Assembly: GCA_903919145.1 (NCBI GenBank)
Contig: CAIXGW010000016.1
Location: 113,367 to 177,366, forward strand
Direction of reading: 5' to 3'
Source: an uncultured Myxococcales bacterium
GTDB lineage: Bacteria > Myxococcota_A > UBA9042
Length of the DNA: 64,000 nucleotides
Shown: one piece after another, positions 18,874 to 27,982 of the stretch
How the letters are laid out: every line of letters starts with the position of its first letter
Numbering within the stretch: position 1 is the stretch's first letter
Program-made: the position numbers and the translations under genes
Notes under the pieces: generated by a model
What the model was told of the DNA's origin: nothing
Seen by the model: the letters and a program-made list of their open reading frames with translations, nothing else
The model's database searches: none

Positions 18874-20841
18874 TCAGGGTAGAGGCGAGGCGGGGGCAGT
18901 GGCCGGTGGGGGCTGCAGCTCTGGCCACAGCTGCAAAGCCAGGCTGCGCTGGTCTGCTGCGCGGAGCTGGCCAAAAAGCGCATGGGCTTGGCTCAGCAGC
19001 TGCCCCTGACCCGGCTGCAAGCGGTCCAGCTTGTGCAGCGCAGTCAGCGCTTCTAGCGGACGACCGGCCTTCTCAGCGGCAAACGCCTGTGCCGACAGCC
19101 ATGGCGGCGCCGCGTCTGGGTCTGCGCCAAAGCGCTGCGCCCAAGCTGCAGCATCGGCCGAACCGGCGGCCACGGCAAGTGCATAAATGTCCAGGGGGCG
19201 GCGACCGGTCAAGGCCGCCGCGGGTAGGCGGGCTGCCACGGCAAAAGCGCGCTGGTACTGGGCGCAGGCCATCCCCCAGTCGATCGCTGCCAGGCGCGCC
19301 GCGACCGCCTTCTTGGGCGATGCGGCCAGGGCCTGGACAAAGGGCTCGGCCGCCGCGCAGTCTTTGGCCGCCAGGGCCGCGTCCAGGCCGTTGACCCACG
19401 CCTTGGGATCGTCTGGATCCAGGGCCAGGGCCGCCAAAGCATGGGGCAGAGCCTGGCGGGGATGCCCTTGAATCGTCAGCTGGTGGGCTAGGTTCAGGCG
19501 CATGCGCAGCGAGCGGGGCTCCAGGCGAACGCCGCGCTCATAGATCTGCAGGGATGTCTGCCAATCCTCAGCCACGGCACGGGTTTGTCCGATGCCGGCA
19601 GCCAGCAACGCGCCCGCCGCCAGCCCCGCCCAGCGCAGCTGCCAGCCGCTCAGCTGCACAGCCAGCGCCACCGCCAGCAGCAGCGACGGCAGGGTCAGCA
19701 GCCGGTCGGCGTAGAGCACCGTCCCCGGGGTCAGCAGGTGCGAGACGGGTAGCCAGCAGCCAAGCACGCCCGCCGCCAGCAGCCAGCCGCCGTGGGGAAG
19801 AATCTCTTGAGACAAGGCCTGGTTGTTGAGCCACTGCCGGGCCCAGTGCAGCAGGACCCAGGCTACTGCCGCCAGCAAAGCGACCAGGCCCAAGCCGCCA
19901 AGGGCCGTCAGCGCTGCTGGGGTCGGCCACGCGGCATAGGTGTAGTCGGGGGCCAGGTGGGCGGGCACCAGCAGCTGCCCCAAGGCTCGGCCGGTCAGGT
20001 CCAGCCCGCCCAGCAGCCGCTGTGGCCAGCCCACATAGGCCAGGGGATTGTCGTGGCGGGGCACTTGGGCCTTGAGCAGCGCGCCCACAGCCCACAGCCG
20101 CCAGGCCAGCCACAGCGCCAGCGCCGCGCCGATGGGCAGCAAAGTGGTGCGCAGCCGCAGCCAGCTCGAGCGCCGCGCGGTCGCCCACAGCGCCCACCAC
20201 ACCAAGCCCGCCAGCGCCGACTCCTTGCTGAGCAGCGCCGCCAAGCCCCACAGACACAACCCTAGGGAATGTCCGATGGGGTAAGCAGAGGCCGTGGCCA
20301 GGCTGAACAGGTGGTGGGTGCCGGCGAGCAGTGCCAGCGCCGCCAGCAGCTCTGGGCGGTAGGCGATGGCCATCACCGCCTCGGTGTGGACCGGGTGGAC
20401 GGCGAACAACAGCGCCGTCAGGCCGCCGGCCAGCTGCGCCTGGGCCAACGGCTGACCGCGCCACGCCAGCCAGCGCTGCACCAGCCAGCCGGCCAGCCAA
20501 GAAACCCCCAGCAGCAGAAGCAATTGGCCAAGATGCCGGCCCTGCGGTGAGTCCAGGCCAAGGCCGATCTCGGCGGCAAAGCTCAGAGTCGCCAGCGGCC
20601 GCGCGGCAAAAACGTAGGCGAATTCTGGGCCGCCAAAGTAGCGGGCCCGCAGCAGCTGCGGCCAATCGACGGGCCACTGCACTTGAGGGTGGCCGGTGAC
20701 GGCGGCGCCATCGTCGTGGACATAGCTGGCGTGCCACGCCGCGGGCAGGTAGGCCGCGCCGATCGCCAACCCCAGCGCCGCCAGCCACAGCAGGGCGCGC
20801 AGCGGCAGTCTGCCAAGGGATCGCCCAGACGATTCCAGCAC
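18874..20841 (-). CDS. polytopic membrane protein with C-terminal TPR-like repeats (TMTC/GT39-like putative glycosyltransferase)
   Basis: 655 aa with >10 predicted TM helices, an N-terminal YVHDD loop motif and a C-terminal alpha-helical repeat region. Abuts the rodA stop with zero spacing. Family assignment is by architecture only. Confidence 0.5.
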   Translation of the reverse strand: MLESSGRSLGRLPLRALLWLAALGLAIGAAYLPAAWHASYVHDDGAAVTGHPQVQWPVDWPQLLRARYFGGPEFAYVFAARPLATLSFAAEIGLGLDSPQGRHLGQLLLLLGVSWLAGWLVQRWLAWRGQPLAQAQLAGGLTALLFAVHPVHTEAVMAIAYRPELLAALALLAGTHHLFSLATASAYPIGHSLGLCLWGLAALLSKESALAGLVWWALWATARRSSWLRLRTTLLPIGAALALWLAWRLWAVGALLKAQVPRHDNPLAYVGWPQRLLGGLDLTGRALGQLLVPAHLAPDYTYAAWPTPAALTALGGLGLVALLAAVAWVLLHWARQWLNNQALSQEILPHGGWLLAAGVLGCWLPVSHLLTPGTVLYADRLLTLPSLLLAVALAVQLSGWQLRWAGLAAGALLAAGIGQTRAVAEDWQTSLQIYERGVRLEPRSLRMRLNLAHQLTIQGHPRQALPHALAALALDPDDPKAWVNGLDAALAAKDCAAAEPFVQALAASPKKAVAARLAAIDWGMACAQYQRAFAVAARLPAAALTGRRPLDIYALAVAAGSADAAAWAQRFGADPDAAPPWLSAQAFAAEKAGRPLEALTALHKLDRLQPGQGQLLSQAHALFGQLRAADQRSLALQLWPELQPPPATAPASPLP

Positions 20842-21957
20842 TTACCTTCCCTTGCGCCGCAGCGCCATGTTGACCAGAAAGCCGCAGCCGACCAGGACCG
20901 TCAGCGCGCTGGAGCCGCCGTAGCTGAACAGCGGCAAGGTGATGCCCACCACTGGCAGCAGACCAATGACCATGCCCGCATTGATGAAAAACTGCCAGAA
21001 GACCAGCGCCGCGATCCCTACCGCCATCAGCGCGTCAAAGCGGTCTTCGGCCTTGCCGGCCAGGTGCAGCGCCCAGCTGATCATGCCGCCATACAGCAGA
21101 AAAAGGCCCAGGCTGCCAAACAGGCCAAAGCGCGCAGCAAAGGGCGCCAGGGCAAAATCAGTATGCATAAAGGGAAGGTGACGCAGGACCGACTGGCGGG
21201 CCTCTGTGTCGCTGCGGCCGACCAGTTGGCCCGAGCCGACCGCCCACAGCGCCTGCTCTGCCTGGGTGCGCTGACTGGCGGGCTTGGGCTGCTCGTTCTC
21301 TTCGATGACCGACTGATACCACGCTTCGGCGCGGCCCTTTTGGTAGTCGTGGATGAGCCCGACCTGCCAGGACAGGCTGACCCCGAGCAGCGCCGCCACC
21401 GCCGCCATCGCCAGCGAGCGGCCGCGCACCCCCTCATACAGGATCATCGACCCGCCAATCAGGGCCACCACCAGCGAAGTGCCCAGATCCGGCTCGCGGT
21501 TGATCAGCACAAACGGCACGCCGATGATCAGCGCTGGCTGCCACAGATCGCGGAGCCGCCACGGCTGGGTGGCGCGGCGCTTGTCAAACCAATCGGCGAC
21601 GGCCAGGATCACGGCTAATTTGGTGAATTCACTTGGTTGCAGGGTGGCGGGGCCAATCTCGATCCAGCGCTTGGAGTAGTTGATCTCCCGGCCGATGAGC
21701 AGGACCAGGCCCAGCAGGACCACCATGGCCTGGTACATCGTCATCGACAGGCGGCGGATGTAGATCGGGTCAAAGGCCGCGGCCAGGCCCGCCGTGATGA
21801 GGCCAAGCACAAACCAGATGGTCTGGGTGCGGTGGTAGGTGGTCGACATCAGGCTGTCGGTGAACACCAAATTGTCCACGGCCAGGGCGCAGATGCCTAA
21901 GGTACACAGCAGTCCTGCAAGGGTCCACGGCTGGCGCAGCCGCTGCAGCGCGCTCAT
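20842..21957 (-). CDS. rodA: SEDS-family peptidoglycan polymerase RodA
   Basis: 371 aa, 10 TM. Motifs PFVLINREPDLGTSLVV..., GLLPVVGITLPLFSYGGSS. Immediately downstream of PBP2 (4-nt overlap). Confidence 0.92.
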   Translation of the reverse strand: MSALQRLRQPWTLAGLLCTLGICALAVDNLVFTDSLMSTTYHRTQTIWFVLGLITAGLAAAFDPIYIRRLSMTMYQAMVVLLGLVLLIGREINYSKRWIEIGPATLQPSEFTKLAVILAVADWFDKRRATQPWRLRDLWQPALIIGVPFVLINREPDLGTSLVVALIGGSMILYEGVRGRSLAMAAVAALLGVSLSWQVGLIHDYQKGRAEAWYQSVIEENEQPKPASQRTQAEQALWAVGSGQLVGRSDTEARQSVLRHLPFMHTDFALAPFAARFGLFGSLGLFLLYGGMISWALHLAGKAEDRFDALMAVGIAALVFWQFFINAGMVIGLLPVVGITLPLFSYGGSSALTVLVGCGFLVNMALRRKGR

Positions 21958-24290
21958 GGAGCAGCCTCTGGCGGCGCAACTTCTTCTTGGGCGGGCTCAG
22001 CTTGCGGCACAGAGGGCTCGTGCTGCGGGTCTTGAGGCGAGCCCTCGGCGGGGGGCTCTTCGACCGTGGGCACGGGTTCTGCCGGCTTGCGCGGGCGCGG
22101 TGGCGGCGCCTCTTTCTCTAGGGGGGCAGGATGCTTGGCGAACCACGCGTCGACGATCTGCTTGGCAATGGGCGCTGCGTTGTGGCCGCCAGAGCCACCG
22201 TGCTCGATCAAGACAACCACAACAATCTGCGGGTCATTCCACGGCGCCCAGCCGGCAAACCACGCGTGGTCATTCTGCAGCCACGCCGACAGCCGGGCCA
22301 GCTGCGCCGGGTCGTCTTTGAGCCGCTCTGCCATGTCCTTGCGCACCCGCTGCGGGGCTTGGGCGGTGCCGGTCTTGCCCGCCATCGACACCGTGTTGGG
22401 CCGCGCGGTGTAGGCGGTGCCGCCTTGCTCGTTGACCACGGCGCGCAGCGCCTCTCTGACGACGCGCAGCGTTGCCGGGCGGATGTCCAACCTGCGCGTC
22501 GGCGGGCGGTTGGGCGCCACCAAGCGACCCTGGGTGTCTTCCAGGCCCGCCACCACGGTCAGGGTCGGCAGCTCGCCGCCATTGGCCAAAGCCGCATAAA
22601 CCCTAGCCAATTGCAGAGGAGAGCTTAGAACGTCCTTCTGGCCGACCGCCGTTGACAGGGCAAAGCCCGGAAAGTAGCCGCCGGGCACATGCTGGCGGTA
22701 CCACTCGCGCGAAGGGACCCGGCCAATCGACTCTCGCAGCTCTACGCCCGTGGGCTCGCCAAAACCCAGCTTGCGCGACCACTGCTCCAAGCGGTCGATG
22801 CCCAACGCCTCGCCAACCTTGTAGAAGTACACGTCGCAGCTGCCGCGCAGCGCGTCATGCAGGTCGACCTCGCCGTGGCCGCGGCGGTTGTGGCAGTGAA
22901 AGCGCCGACCGCCAAAATCGTAGTGACCTCCGCAGGTGTACTCGGTCTTGGTGTTGACGACCCCCTCCTCCAAGGCGGCGATGGCCGGGACGATCTTGTA
23001 GGTCGAAGCCGGCGGAAAGGGGTGCAGGGCCTTGTTGAGCAGGGGCGCATAGGCGGCAATCTCTGCCAGGGGCCGCGACTGCGGGGCGCGCTTGCCAGAC
23101 AGGGCATTGGGGTCAAAGCTGGGCTTGGCGTACATCGCCAGGATCTGCCCGCTGTTGGGGTCAATCACCACCGCCGCGCCAGAGTAGACGTCTTTCATGG
23201 CCTGCTTGGCCGCGCGCTGCAGGTCCATGTTGAGGGTCAGGCGCACATTGGCGCCCGCGGTTACCGGCCGCGGCTTGATGGCGGCGACCAGGTCTTCCAG
23301 GTCCTTGGCCGCCTCTTCTCCGCCCGAGCGCTTGACCAGGACCTGCTCGCCGTCCAGACCGCGCAGCGGCCGGTCCAGGGTCATTTCAATGCCAGCGCGG
23401 CCCATCCGGTCGTTCAGGCCGTGGCGCGGGGGGCCAAAAGGCAGCAGCGGCTCCATGTCGCGGGGGGCCACGTAGCCCATGTGGCCAAGCACGTGGCTGG
23501 CCAGATAGCGATAGGGGTACTCTCTTTGGATCTCTGCAATCACCCTGGTCTCTTGCAGCCGATGCTGGTTGGCGCGCAGCACGGCGACTTCGTCGTTGAA
23601 GGTGCGGCGGCACAGCGCGCACTGCAGGATGTGCTGGTCGCGGCGGATGGTGGTGCCGTCATAGGGGCAGGTGCTGCCTTGGTGAAAATCGCGCTCGCAG
23701 GCCGCGCAGTGCCAACCTTCTCCAACCGACTGCAGCCGCCGCTGGTCAAAGGGGCAGGTGCGCTTGCCGGGCACGGCCTCAAAGTGGCGTCCGCAGGCAG
23801 TGCAGAAGCCGTGCGGCTCCTGAGGCACCAGCTCCAGTGGGCTGGAATCATAGGGGCAGTGGGTAGACACCAAGTCGCGCCGCACCGTGAGCGGTCGCCG
23901 CTTGCGCGGATCCGCCGGCCGGGTCAGCTCAGCCACCAGATCGGCATACTCGGCGTCGGTCATGTCGATCAGCTCGCGCAGGGTCTGGGCAAGAGGCTGG
24001 ATGCGATCGGGCTTGACGCGATTGGTCATCACCTCTAGCGAGTGGCTCTCTATGTTGCGGGCCAGCACGGTGCCGTCGGCGGCCTTGATGAGTCCGCGCG
24101 GCGCCTGGGCCCGGACCCGCGAAACCCGCTCAATCACAGCGTACTTCTGGTAGCGGTCGCCGCGGACCATCTGCACCAGCGCCAGCCGCGCGGTCAAAGC
24201 CAGCACCGCCAGCGCCACCACCGCCAAAGCCACGCGGACGTGGCTGCGGTAGCGCGTGGGGTCGTGGGATTTGCCAAGGGGCAGGGCCAT
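21954..24290 (-). CDS. mrdA: penicillin-binding protein 2 (elongasome transpeptidase) with ~100-aa triple zinc-ribbon insertion and Pro/Glu-rich C-terminal tail
   Basis: 778 aa. N-terminal TM. Transpeptidase motifs (STYKIVPAIAALEEG = SxxK, SSN-like, KTGTAQ = KTG). Between the anchor/dimerisation region and the core lies CPYD...CTACGRHF / CPFD...CAACERDF / CPYD...CALCRRTF. C-terminal PPPRPRKPAEPVPTVEEPPAEG... tail. Confidence 0.9.
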   Translation of the reverse strand: MALPLGKSHDPTRYRSHVRVALAVVALAVLALTARLALVQMVRGDRYQKYAVIERVSRVRAQAPRGLIKAADGTVLARNIESHSLEVMTNRVKPDRIQPLAQTLRELIDMTDAEYADLVAELTRPADPRKRRPLTVRRDLVSTHCPYDSSPLELVPQEPHGFCTACGRHFEAVPGKRTCPFDQRRLQSVGEGWHCAACERDFHQGSTCPYDGTTIRRDQHILQCALCRRTFNDEVAVLRANQHRLQETRVIAEIQREYPYRYLASHVLGHMGYVAPRDMEPLLPFGPPRHGLNDRMGRAGIEMTLDRPLRGLDGEQVLVKRSGGEEAAKDLEDLVAAIKPRPVTAGANVRLTLNMDLQRAAKQAMKDVYSGAAVVIDPNSGQILAMYAKPSFDPNALSGKRAPQSRPLAEIAAYAPLLNKALHPFPPASTYKIVPAIAALEEGVVNTKTEYTCGGHYDFGGRRFHCHNRRGHGEVDLHDALRGSCDVYFYKVGEALGIDRLEQWSRKLGFGEPTGVELRESIGRVPSREWYRQHVPGGYFPGFALSTAVGQKDVLSSPLQLARVYAALANGGELPTLTVVAGLEDTQGRLVAPNRPPTRRLDIRPATLRVVREALRAVVNEQGGTAYTARPNTVSMAGKTGTAQAPQRVRKDMAERLKDDPAQLARLSAWLQNDHAWFAGWAPWNDPQIVVVVLIEHGGSGGHNAAPIAKQIVDAWFAKHPAPLEKEAPPPRPRKPAEPVPTVEEPPAEGSPQDPQHEPSVPQAEPAQEEVAPPEAAP

Positions 24291-24293
24291 GCG

Positions 24294-24812
24294 TCAGCGC
24301 CTCAGCAGCTCGGCGCCGCGCGACTGCTGATCGAAGCGGCGGCGGATCCGCTCCATCAGTGCGAATTGCCCAGGCGCCACCAGCATGGTGGTCAGGGCCA
24401 AAGGCAGCGCTGTGGCAGCCACTTCGGCGTAGTTCTCAAAGCTGCGGTGAAAGACCGACTCAAAAGCCAGGAATAGCGCAGACGACAACAGCGACGCCGC
24501 CGCCGAAGTGGCGATCACCGGCAGCGGGCTGATGAGATCGACGCGCGACTGCAGGCCGCGGGCCAACAGCGCGATCAGCACATTGATTTCGGCGTAGACC
24601 CCTACCGGCGCCGACATCGAAAAGCCGTCTTTGAGCAGCCCCACGGCAAAGCCGGTCAGCACCGCCGGCACGGTGGCGCAGCGCGAGCCGACGTAGAGCG
24701 ACGTCAACAGCGCCACGTCTGGGGCGTACAGCTGCGCATCCAGGTGGCCCAGCAGTGGGCTGATCACCGCCAGCAGTAGGTAAGCCATCAAGATCCATGC
24801 AAGATGCTTCAT
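24294..24812 (-). CDS. mreD: rod shape-determining protein MreD
   Basis: 172 aa small polytopic membrane protein between mreC and mrdA. Conserved operon position. Confidence 0.8.
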   Translation of the reverse strand: MKHLAWILMAYLLLAVISPLLGHLDAQLYAPDVALLTSLYVGSRCATVPAVLTGFAVGLLKDGFSMSAPVGVYAEINVLIALLARGLQSRVDLISPLPVIATSAAASLLSSALFLAFESVFHRSFENYAEVAATALPLALTTMLVAPGQFALMERIRRRFDQQSRGAELLRR

Positions 24813-25852
24813 GGCGGTGCGTCCGGGGTGTTGGCGGGGTCCAAGGTGCGCTTGGGCGCTGGCTTGCCCAGGTCGGCCGGCTTTGGGGTGTCGCTGGGTT
24901 TGCGCAAAGGCGCTGGAGCAGCCAGCTCGCCGGGCTTGGGCGGATCGGGCGTCTTTAATTCCATAGGCTTGGCCGCCGGACCTCGGCGATCCGGCTCGGT
25001 CTGAGCGCCACGGTAGTCGGTCACGACCAGCACTTCTTCCAGCGTGGCGTAGGCCACTGCGGGGGCCAACACAAACTCGTGGTAGGGGCCCTGGCGCGTC
25101 GACTTGGGGTCGGCGATGTGGCCAATCTCAAGCCCGGCCGGGAAGACCCGGTCGTGGCCGGTGGTCAGCACCGCGTCGCCGGCGATGAGCGGCACGGCGC
25201 GCTCGGCGTTGTCGAGGTAGACAAATTGCGCACCGAATTCGCCCTTCTTGCCCTTGCCGCTCACCGAGCCGACCACCCCCTTGCCGGGCACCGTGGCGTG
25301 GACGTTGGAGCGGGCGTCGGTGACCAGCATCACGTCGGCAAAAGGTCCAGAGACCTTCTCGATTCTGCCCACAATGCCGTCATGGGTAATGACAGCCTGG
25401 CCCTCTTGCACCGCGGCGCCTTCGATGTCGATCTTCAGCCTGACCACCTGAAAGACCTGCGACACGTCGCGGCCGACCACCCGAGCGGGCAGGGTGGTAA
25501 AGTCGCGGTGCTGATCTCGAAATTCGCAGAGCTTTTTGACCCGCAGCAGCTCCTCGGCCAAGGTGCGGGTGCGCAGCGCCTCGCCAAGCAAGATGCGGTT
25601 CTCGCGTTCGAGGTCGCGGTTGCGGGCCTCTGTCTTGGTCAAAAGCACATAGGCGGAAAGCAACTGCTTGACCTCGCCGACGCCGTCGTGGCTCAGGCTA
25701 CTTGCCGGGCCGGTCAGCGCCATCATCGCCTTCTCTACCGCCGACGTCTCTGGGCGCACTTTGCCGTGGTAATACATCGACCCGACTGGCGAGATCAGCA
25801 CCAGGGCCAGCACCAGCTTTTGCCGATATCGCAGCAGCAGGTCGCGCCACAT
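24809..25852 (-). CDS. mreC: rod shape-determining protein MreC
   Basis: 347 aa. N-terminal TM, coiled-coil region (LTKTEARNRDLERENRILLGEALRTRTLAEELLRVKKL), beta-rich MreC core, Pro-rich C-terminal tail. Confidence 0.85.
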   Translation of the reverse strand: MWRDLLLRYRQKLVLALVLISPVGSMYYHGKVRPETSAVEKAMMALTGPASSLSHDGVGEVKQLLSAYVLLTKTEARNRDLERENRILLGEALRTRTLAEELLRVKKLCEFRDQHRDFTTLPARVVGRDVSQVFQVVRLKIDIEGAAVQEGQAVITHDGIVGRIEKVSGPFADVMLVTDARSNVHATVPGKGVVGSVSGKGKKGEFGAQFVYLDNAERAVPLIAGDAVLTTGHDRVFPAGLEIGHIADPKSTRQGPYHEFVLAPAVAYATLEEVLVVTDYRGAQTEPDRRGPAAKPMELKTPDPPKPGELAAPAPLRKPSDTPKPADLGKPAPKRTLDPANTPDAPP

Positions 25853-25930
25853 TGCCTGATCCTTCTCCAGATAGACGGCCGCAACCGCAGCGCCAAACAG
25901 CCAAGTGTATCCTGTGCCGCCCCGGTCCGG

Positions 25931-26518
25931 CTACCGTTTCCGCAGGGCGCGATCGCGGCGGGTGCGGACGATGTACTGGGCGACCAGCAGCGGCACAGCC
26001 AGGGCCAGGGCCGCGGTGGGGATCCAGAACCAAGCAGACGCGCTGGGATCGCCGCTGGCCCGCACGCTGGCCTGGGCGCGGTCAAATAACAGCGCACCCC
26101 AGGCGAGGGTTACGGCCACCGCCACCGTGGTCTGGGCCCCGCGCCGCAGCCAGCCCCAGCGGCGCTTCCAGCGCAGAGAGTTGGCGACCAGCACGCTGGC
26201 ACACAGGCCGCCGGTCAGGTAGACGCCCCAGTCGGTCAAGCCCAGCCGCCACGCGGCGACTCCGCCGGCAATCCCGCCGCTGAGGTGGACAAGCACGGCG
26301 GCGCGGTGGGTCCAGTGGCCGCGGCGCAGGCTGGCGACCGGCGCCAGCGTCATCTCTGCCAGGGCTTCGACGGCCTCGGCGGCGCCAAGATGCCGCTGAT
26401 TGGGTTGGGTATCGCCGCCCAGGGGATCCAGATCGCCGCTGGGGTCAGCGCCCGCAGGGTGCTCGGGTGGCTCAGCCGGCGCGGGCTGCTGCAGCTGACC
26501 TGGCGCTTGCGAGCTCAT
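25931..26518 (-). CDS. hypothetical membrane protein
   Basis: 195 aa with a Pro/Ala-rich N-terminus and 3-4 predicted TM helices. Same strand, between the ATP-grasp gene and mreC. Confidence 0.45.
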   Translation of the reverse strand: MSSQAPGQLQQPAPAEPPEHPAGADPSGDLDPLGGDTQPNQRHLGAAEAVEALAEMTLAPVASLRRGHWTHRAAVLVHLSGGIAGGVAAWRLGLTDWGVYLTGGLCASVLVANSLRWKRRWGWLRRGAQTTVAVAVTLAWGALLFDRAQASVRASGDPSASAWFWIPTAALALAVPLLVAQYIVRTRRDRALRKR

Positions 26519-26589
26519 CTACACCCCCAAGCCCTAGCAGCCCCAGTAGCTAGCCGAGCCCCTGCGTGCCGGGGCGCCACCTGGGTGAC

Positions 26590-26629
26590 CAACAACCGCC
26601 TGTCCAGCGGATCGAACAGGCGGTTGTTG
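26590..26629 (-). terminator. perfect 14-bp stem hairpin (CAACAACCGCCTGT-N12-ACAGGCGGTTGTTG), putative intrinsic terminator/processing site without U-tract
   Basis: Begins 4 nt after the ATP-grasp stop codon (26633-26635) and precedes the 25931..26518 gene on the same strand. Confidence 0.5.
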
Positions 26630-26632
26630 AGG

Positions 26633-27982
26633 CTACTGGCCGTAGCGGACCTGCACATTGGTGACCAGCGCCTTGAGCGCCTCTACCACCTGCTCGGTCC
26701 GCGGCGCCCGGACCAGGGCCCAGCCTTCGCCTTCGTAGCCATCCGCGCGCAGCTGGCCGACCACCGGCAGCTTGCGGTCCACCACCAGCGATCCGGCCAA
26801 TTGCTGTGCGATGTCAAGACCTTTGACCTCAGCCACCCGGCGACCTTTGCCCGTGCCGCGAAAGAACGCGGCGCCCACTGCCCAATTGCGCTGCAGATCG
26901 CCAGGCCACGTCTCGTGTACCACCAGGTTGGCCCACAGCGACACAAAGTCGCGCTCCAGCGCCAGGCCGTTCATGGGCATGATATGCACGCCGGGGGGCC
27001 GCGCGCCGACTTCGCTGACCACGTGGCTACCGTCTTTGCGCAGGAACCACTCCATGTGGGTCAGGCCGGTGCCCATGCCCAGGGCCTGCAGCGCGGCGTG
27101 GTTGGTCGGGCGAAACTGACTGAACTCTTGACGATCCTCTTCTTTGGGCAGCACCACGCAGTACTGCATCCACGGGTTTTCCAGCACTTCTAGAGGCCGG
27201 TTCATGTACCAGGTGCCCGAGTCCCACAGCGGCTGACCGCGCACGCTGACCGTCTCAAAGGTGCGCTCGGCGCCGGTGACGAATTCCTCAGCCTGCAAGG
27301 GCCGATCGATAGAAGGCCGCTGTTGCTTGAGTGCCGCCGCCAGCTGGGACTCGGAGTCGATGCGCTGGGTGCCGCGCGAGCCCAGGCCATCGACCGGCTT
27401 GAGAATCAGCGGAAAACCAACGACATTGGCAAAGTCCCAGGCGTCGCCGTCATTTTCGATAAGGGCGTGGCGGGCCACTGGCACTCCGGCAGCGCGCAGC
27501 ACGTCTTTCATGACCGACTTGTCGCGGAACTGGACGGCCGTTTTGGCGTTCATGCCCGGAAGTTGGGCGATGTCTCGCGCTTCGCCCAGGGGCACCTGCA
27601 GCTGCTCCAGGAAGCCGTGCAGGCCGTCCAGAGGGCCGTGGCGCTTCTGCAGGGCGATGCACGCCGCGCCCAGATCGCCGCCGGCCAGGCTGTTGCGCAC
27701 CTGCCAGTGGCCGGCGAGCTTGGCCTGCAGGTCGCCTGGCAGCTTGGCCATGGGATCCTGGCTGATGACCACCGTGCGGCAGTTGGCCAGGTTGGCAAAG
27801 GCCCTGAGGTAGCGAATGGTGTTGTCTTGAAAGAACGGCGCGACCACCGCAACGGTCTTGACCTCGGCGGCCACGGGGGCGTCTACCACAGGCGCGAGCT
27901 TCTTGGCCGTTGTGGACTTGGCCGCTGTGGACTTGGTCGCTGCGGACGTGGTCTTGGCGGGCTTGGCGGCGGGAGTCGACAC
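26633..27982 (-). CDS. ATP-grasp domain protein with histone-H1-like Ala/Lys/Thr-rich N-terminal tail
   Basis: 449 aa. N-terminal MSTPAAKPAKTTSAATKSTAAKSTTAKKLAPVV low-complexity region. ATP-grasp core (...VGFPLILKPVDGLGSRGTQRIDSESQL...) and a C-terminal substrate domain. Substrate unknown. Confidence 0.6.
   Translation of the reverse strand: MSTPAAKPAKTTSAATKSTAAKSTTAKKLAPVVDAPVAAEVKTVAVVAPFFQDNTIRYLRAFANLANCRTVVISQDPMAKLPGDLQAKLAGHWQVRNSLAGGDLGAACIALQKRHGPLDGLHGFLEQLQVPLGEARDIAQLPGMNAKTAVQFRDKSVMKDVLRAAGVPVARHALIENDGDAWDFANVVGFPLILKPVDGLGSRGTQRIDSESQLAAALKQQRPSIDRPLQAEEFVTGAERTFETVSVRGQPLWDSGTWYMNRPLEVLENPWMQYCVVLPKEEDRQEFSQFRPTNHAALQALGMGTGLTHMEWFLRKDGSHVVSEVGARPPGVHIMPMNGLALERDFVSLWANLVVHETWPGDLQRNWAVGAAFFRGTGKGRRVAEVKGLDIAQQLAGSLVVDRKLPVVGQLRADGYEGEGWALVRAPRTEQVVEALKALVTNVQVRYGQ

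Noticed and set aside
19568-20788. 406-aa minus-strand ORF in an alternative frame
   Set aside because: Alternative frame of the TPR membrane gene. An Arg/Ala/Gly-rich translation. The 18874-20841 frame has coherent TM helices.
22689-24038. 449-aa plus-strand ORF
   Set aside because: Antisense to PBP2 (mrdA), which has unmistakable SxxK/KTG motifs on the minus strand.
25079-26089. 336-aa plus-strand ORF
   Set aside because: Antisense to mreC. A low-complexity Gly/Ala/Asp/Leu translation.
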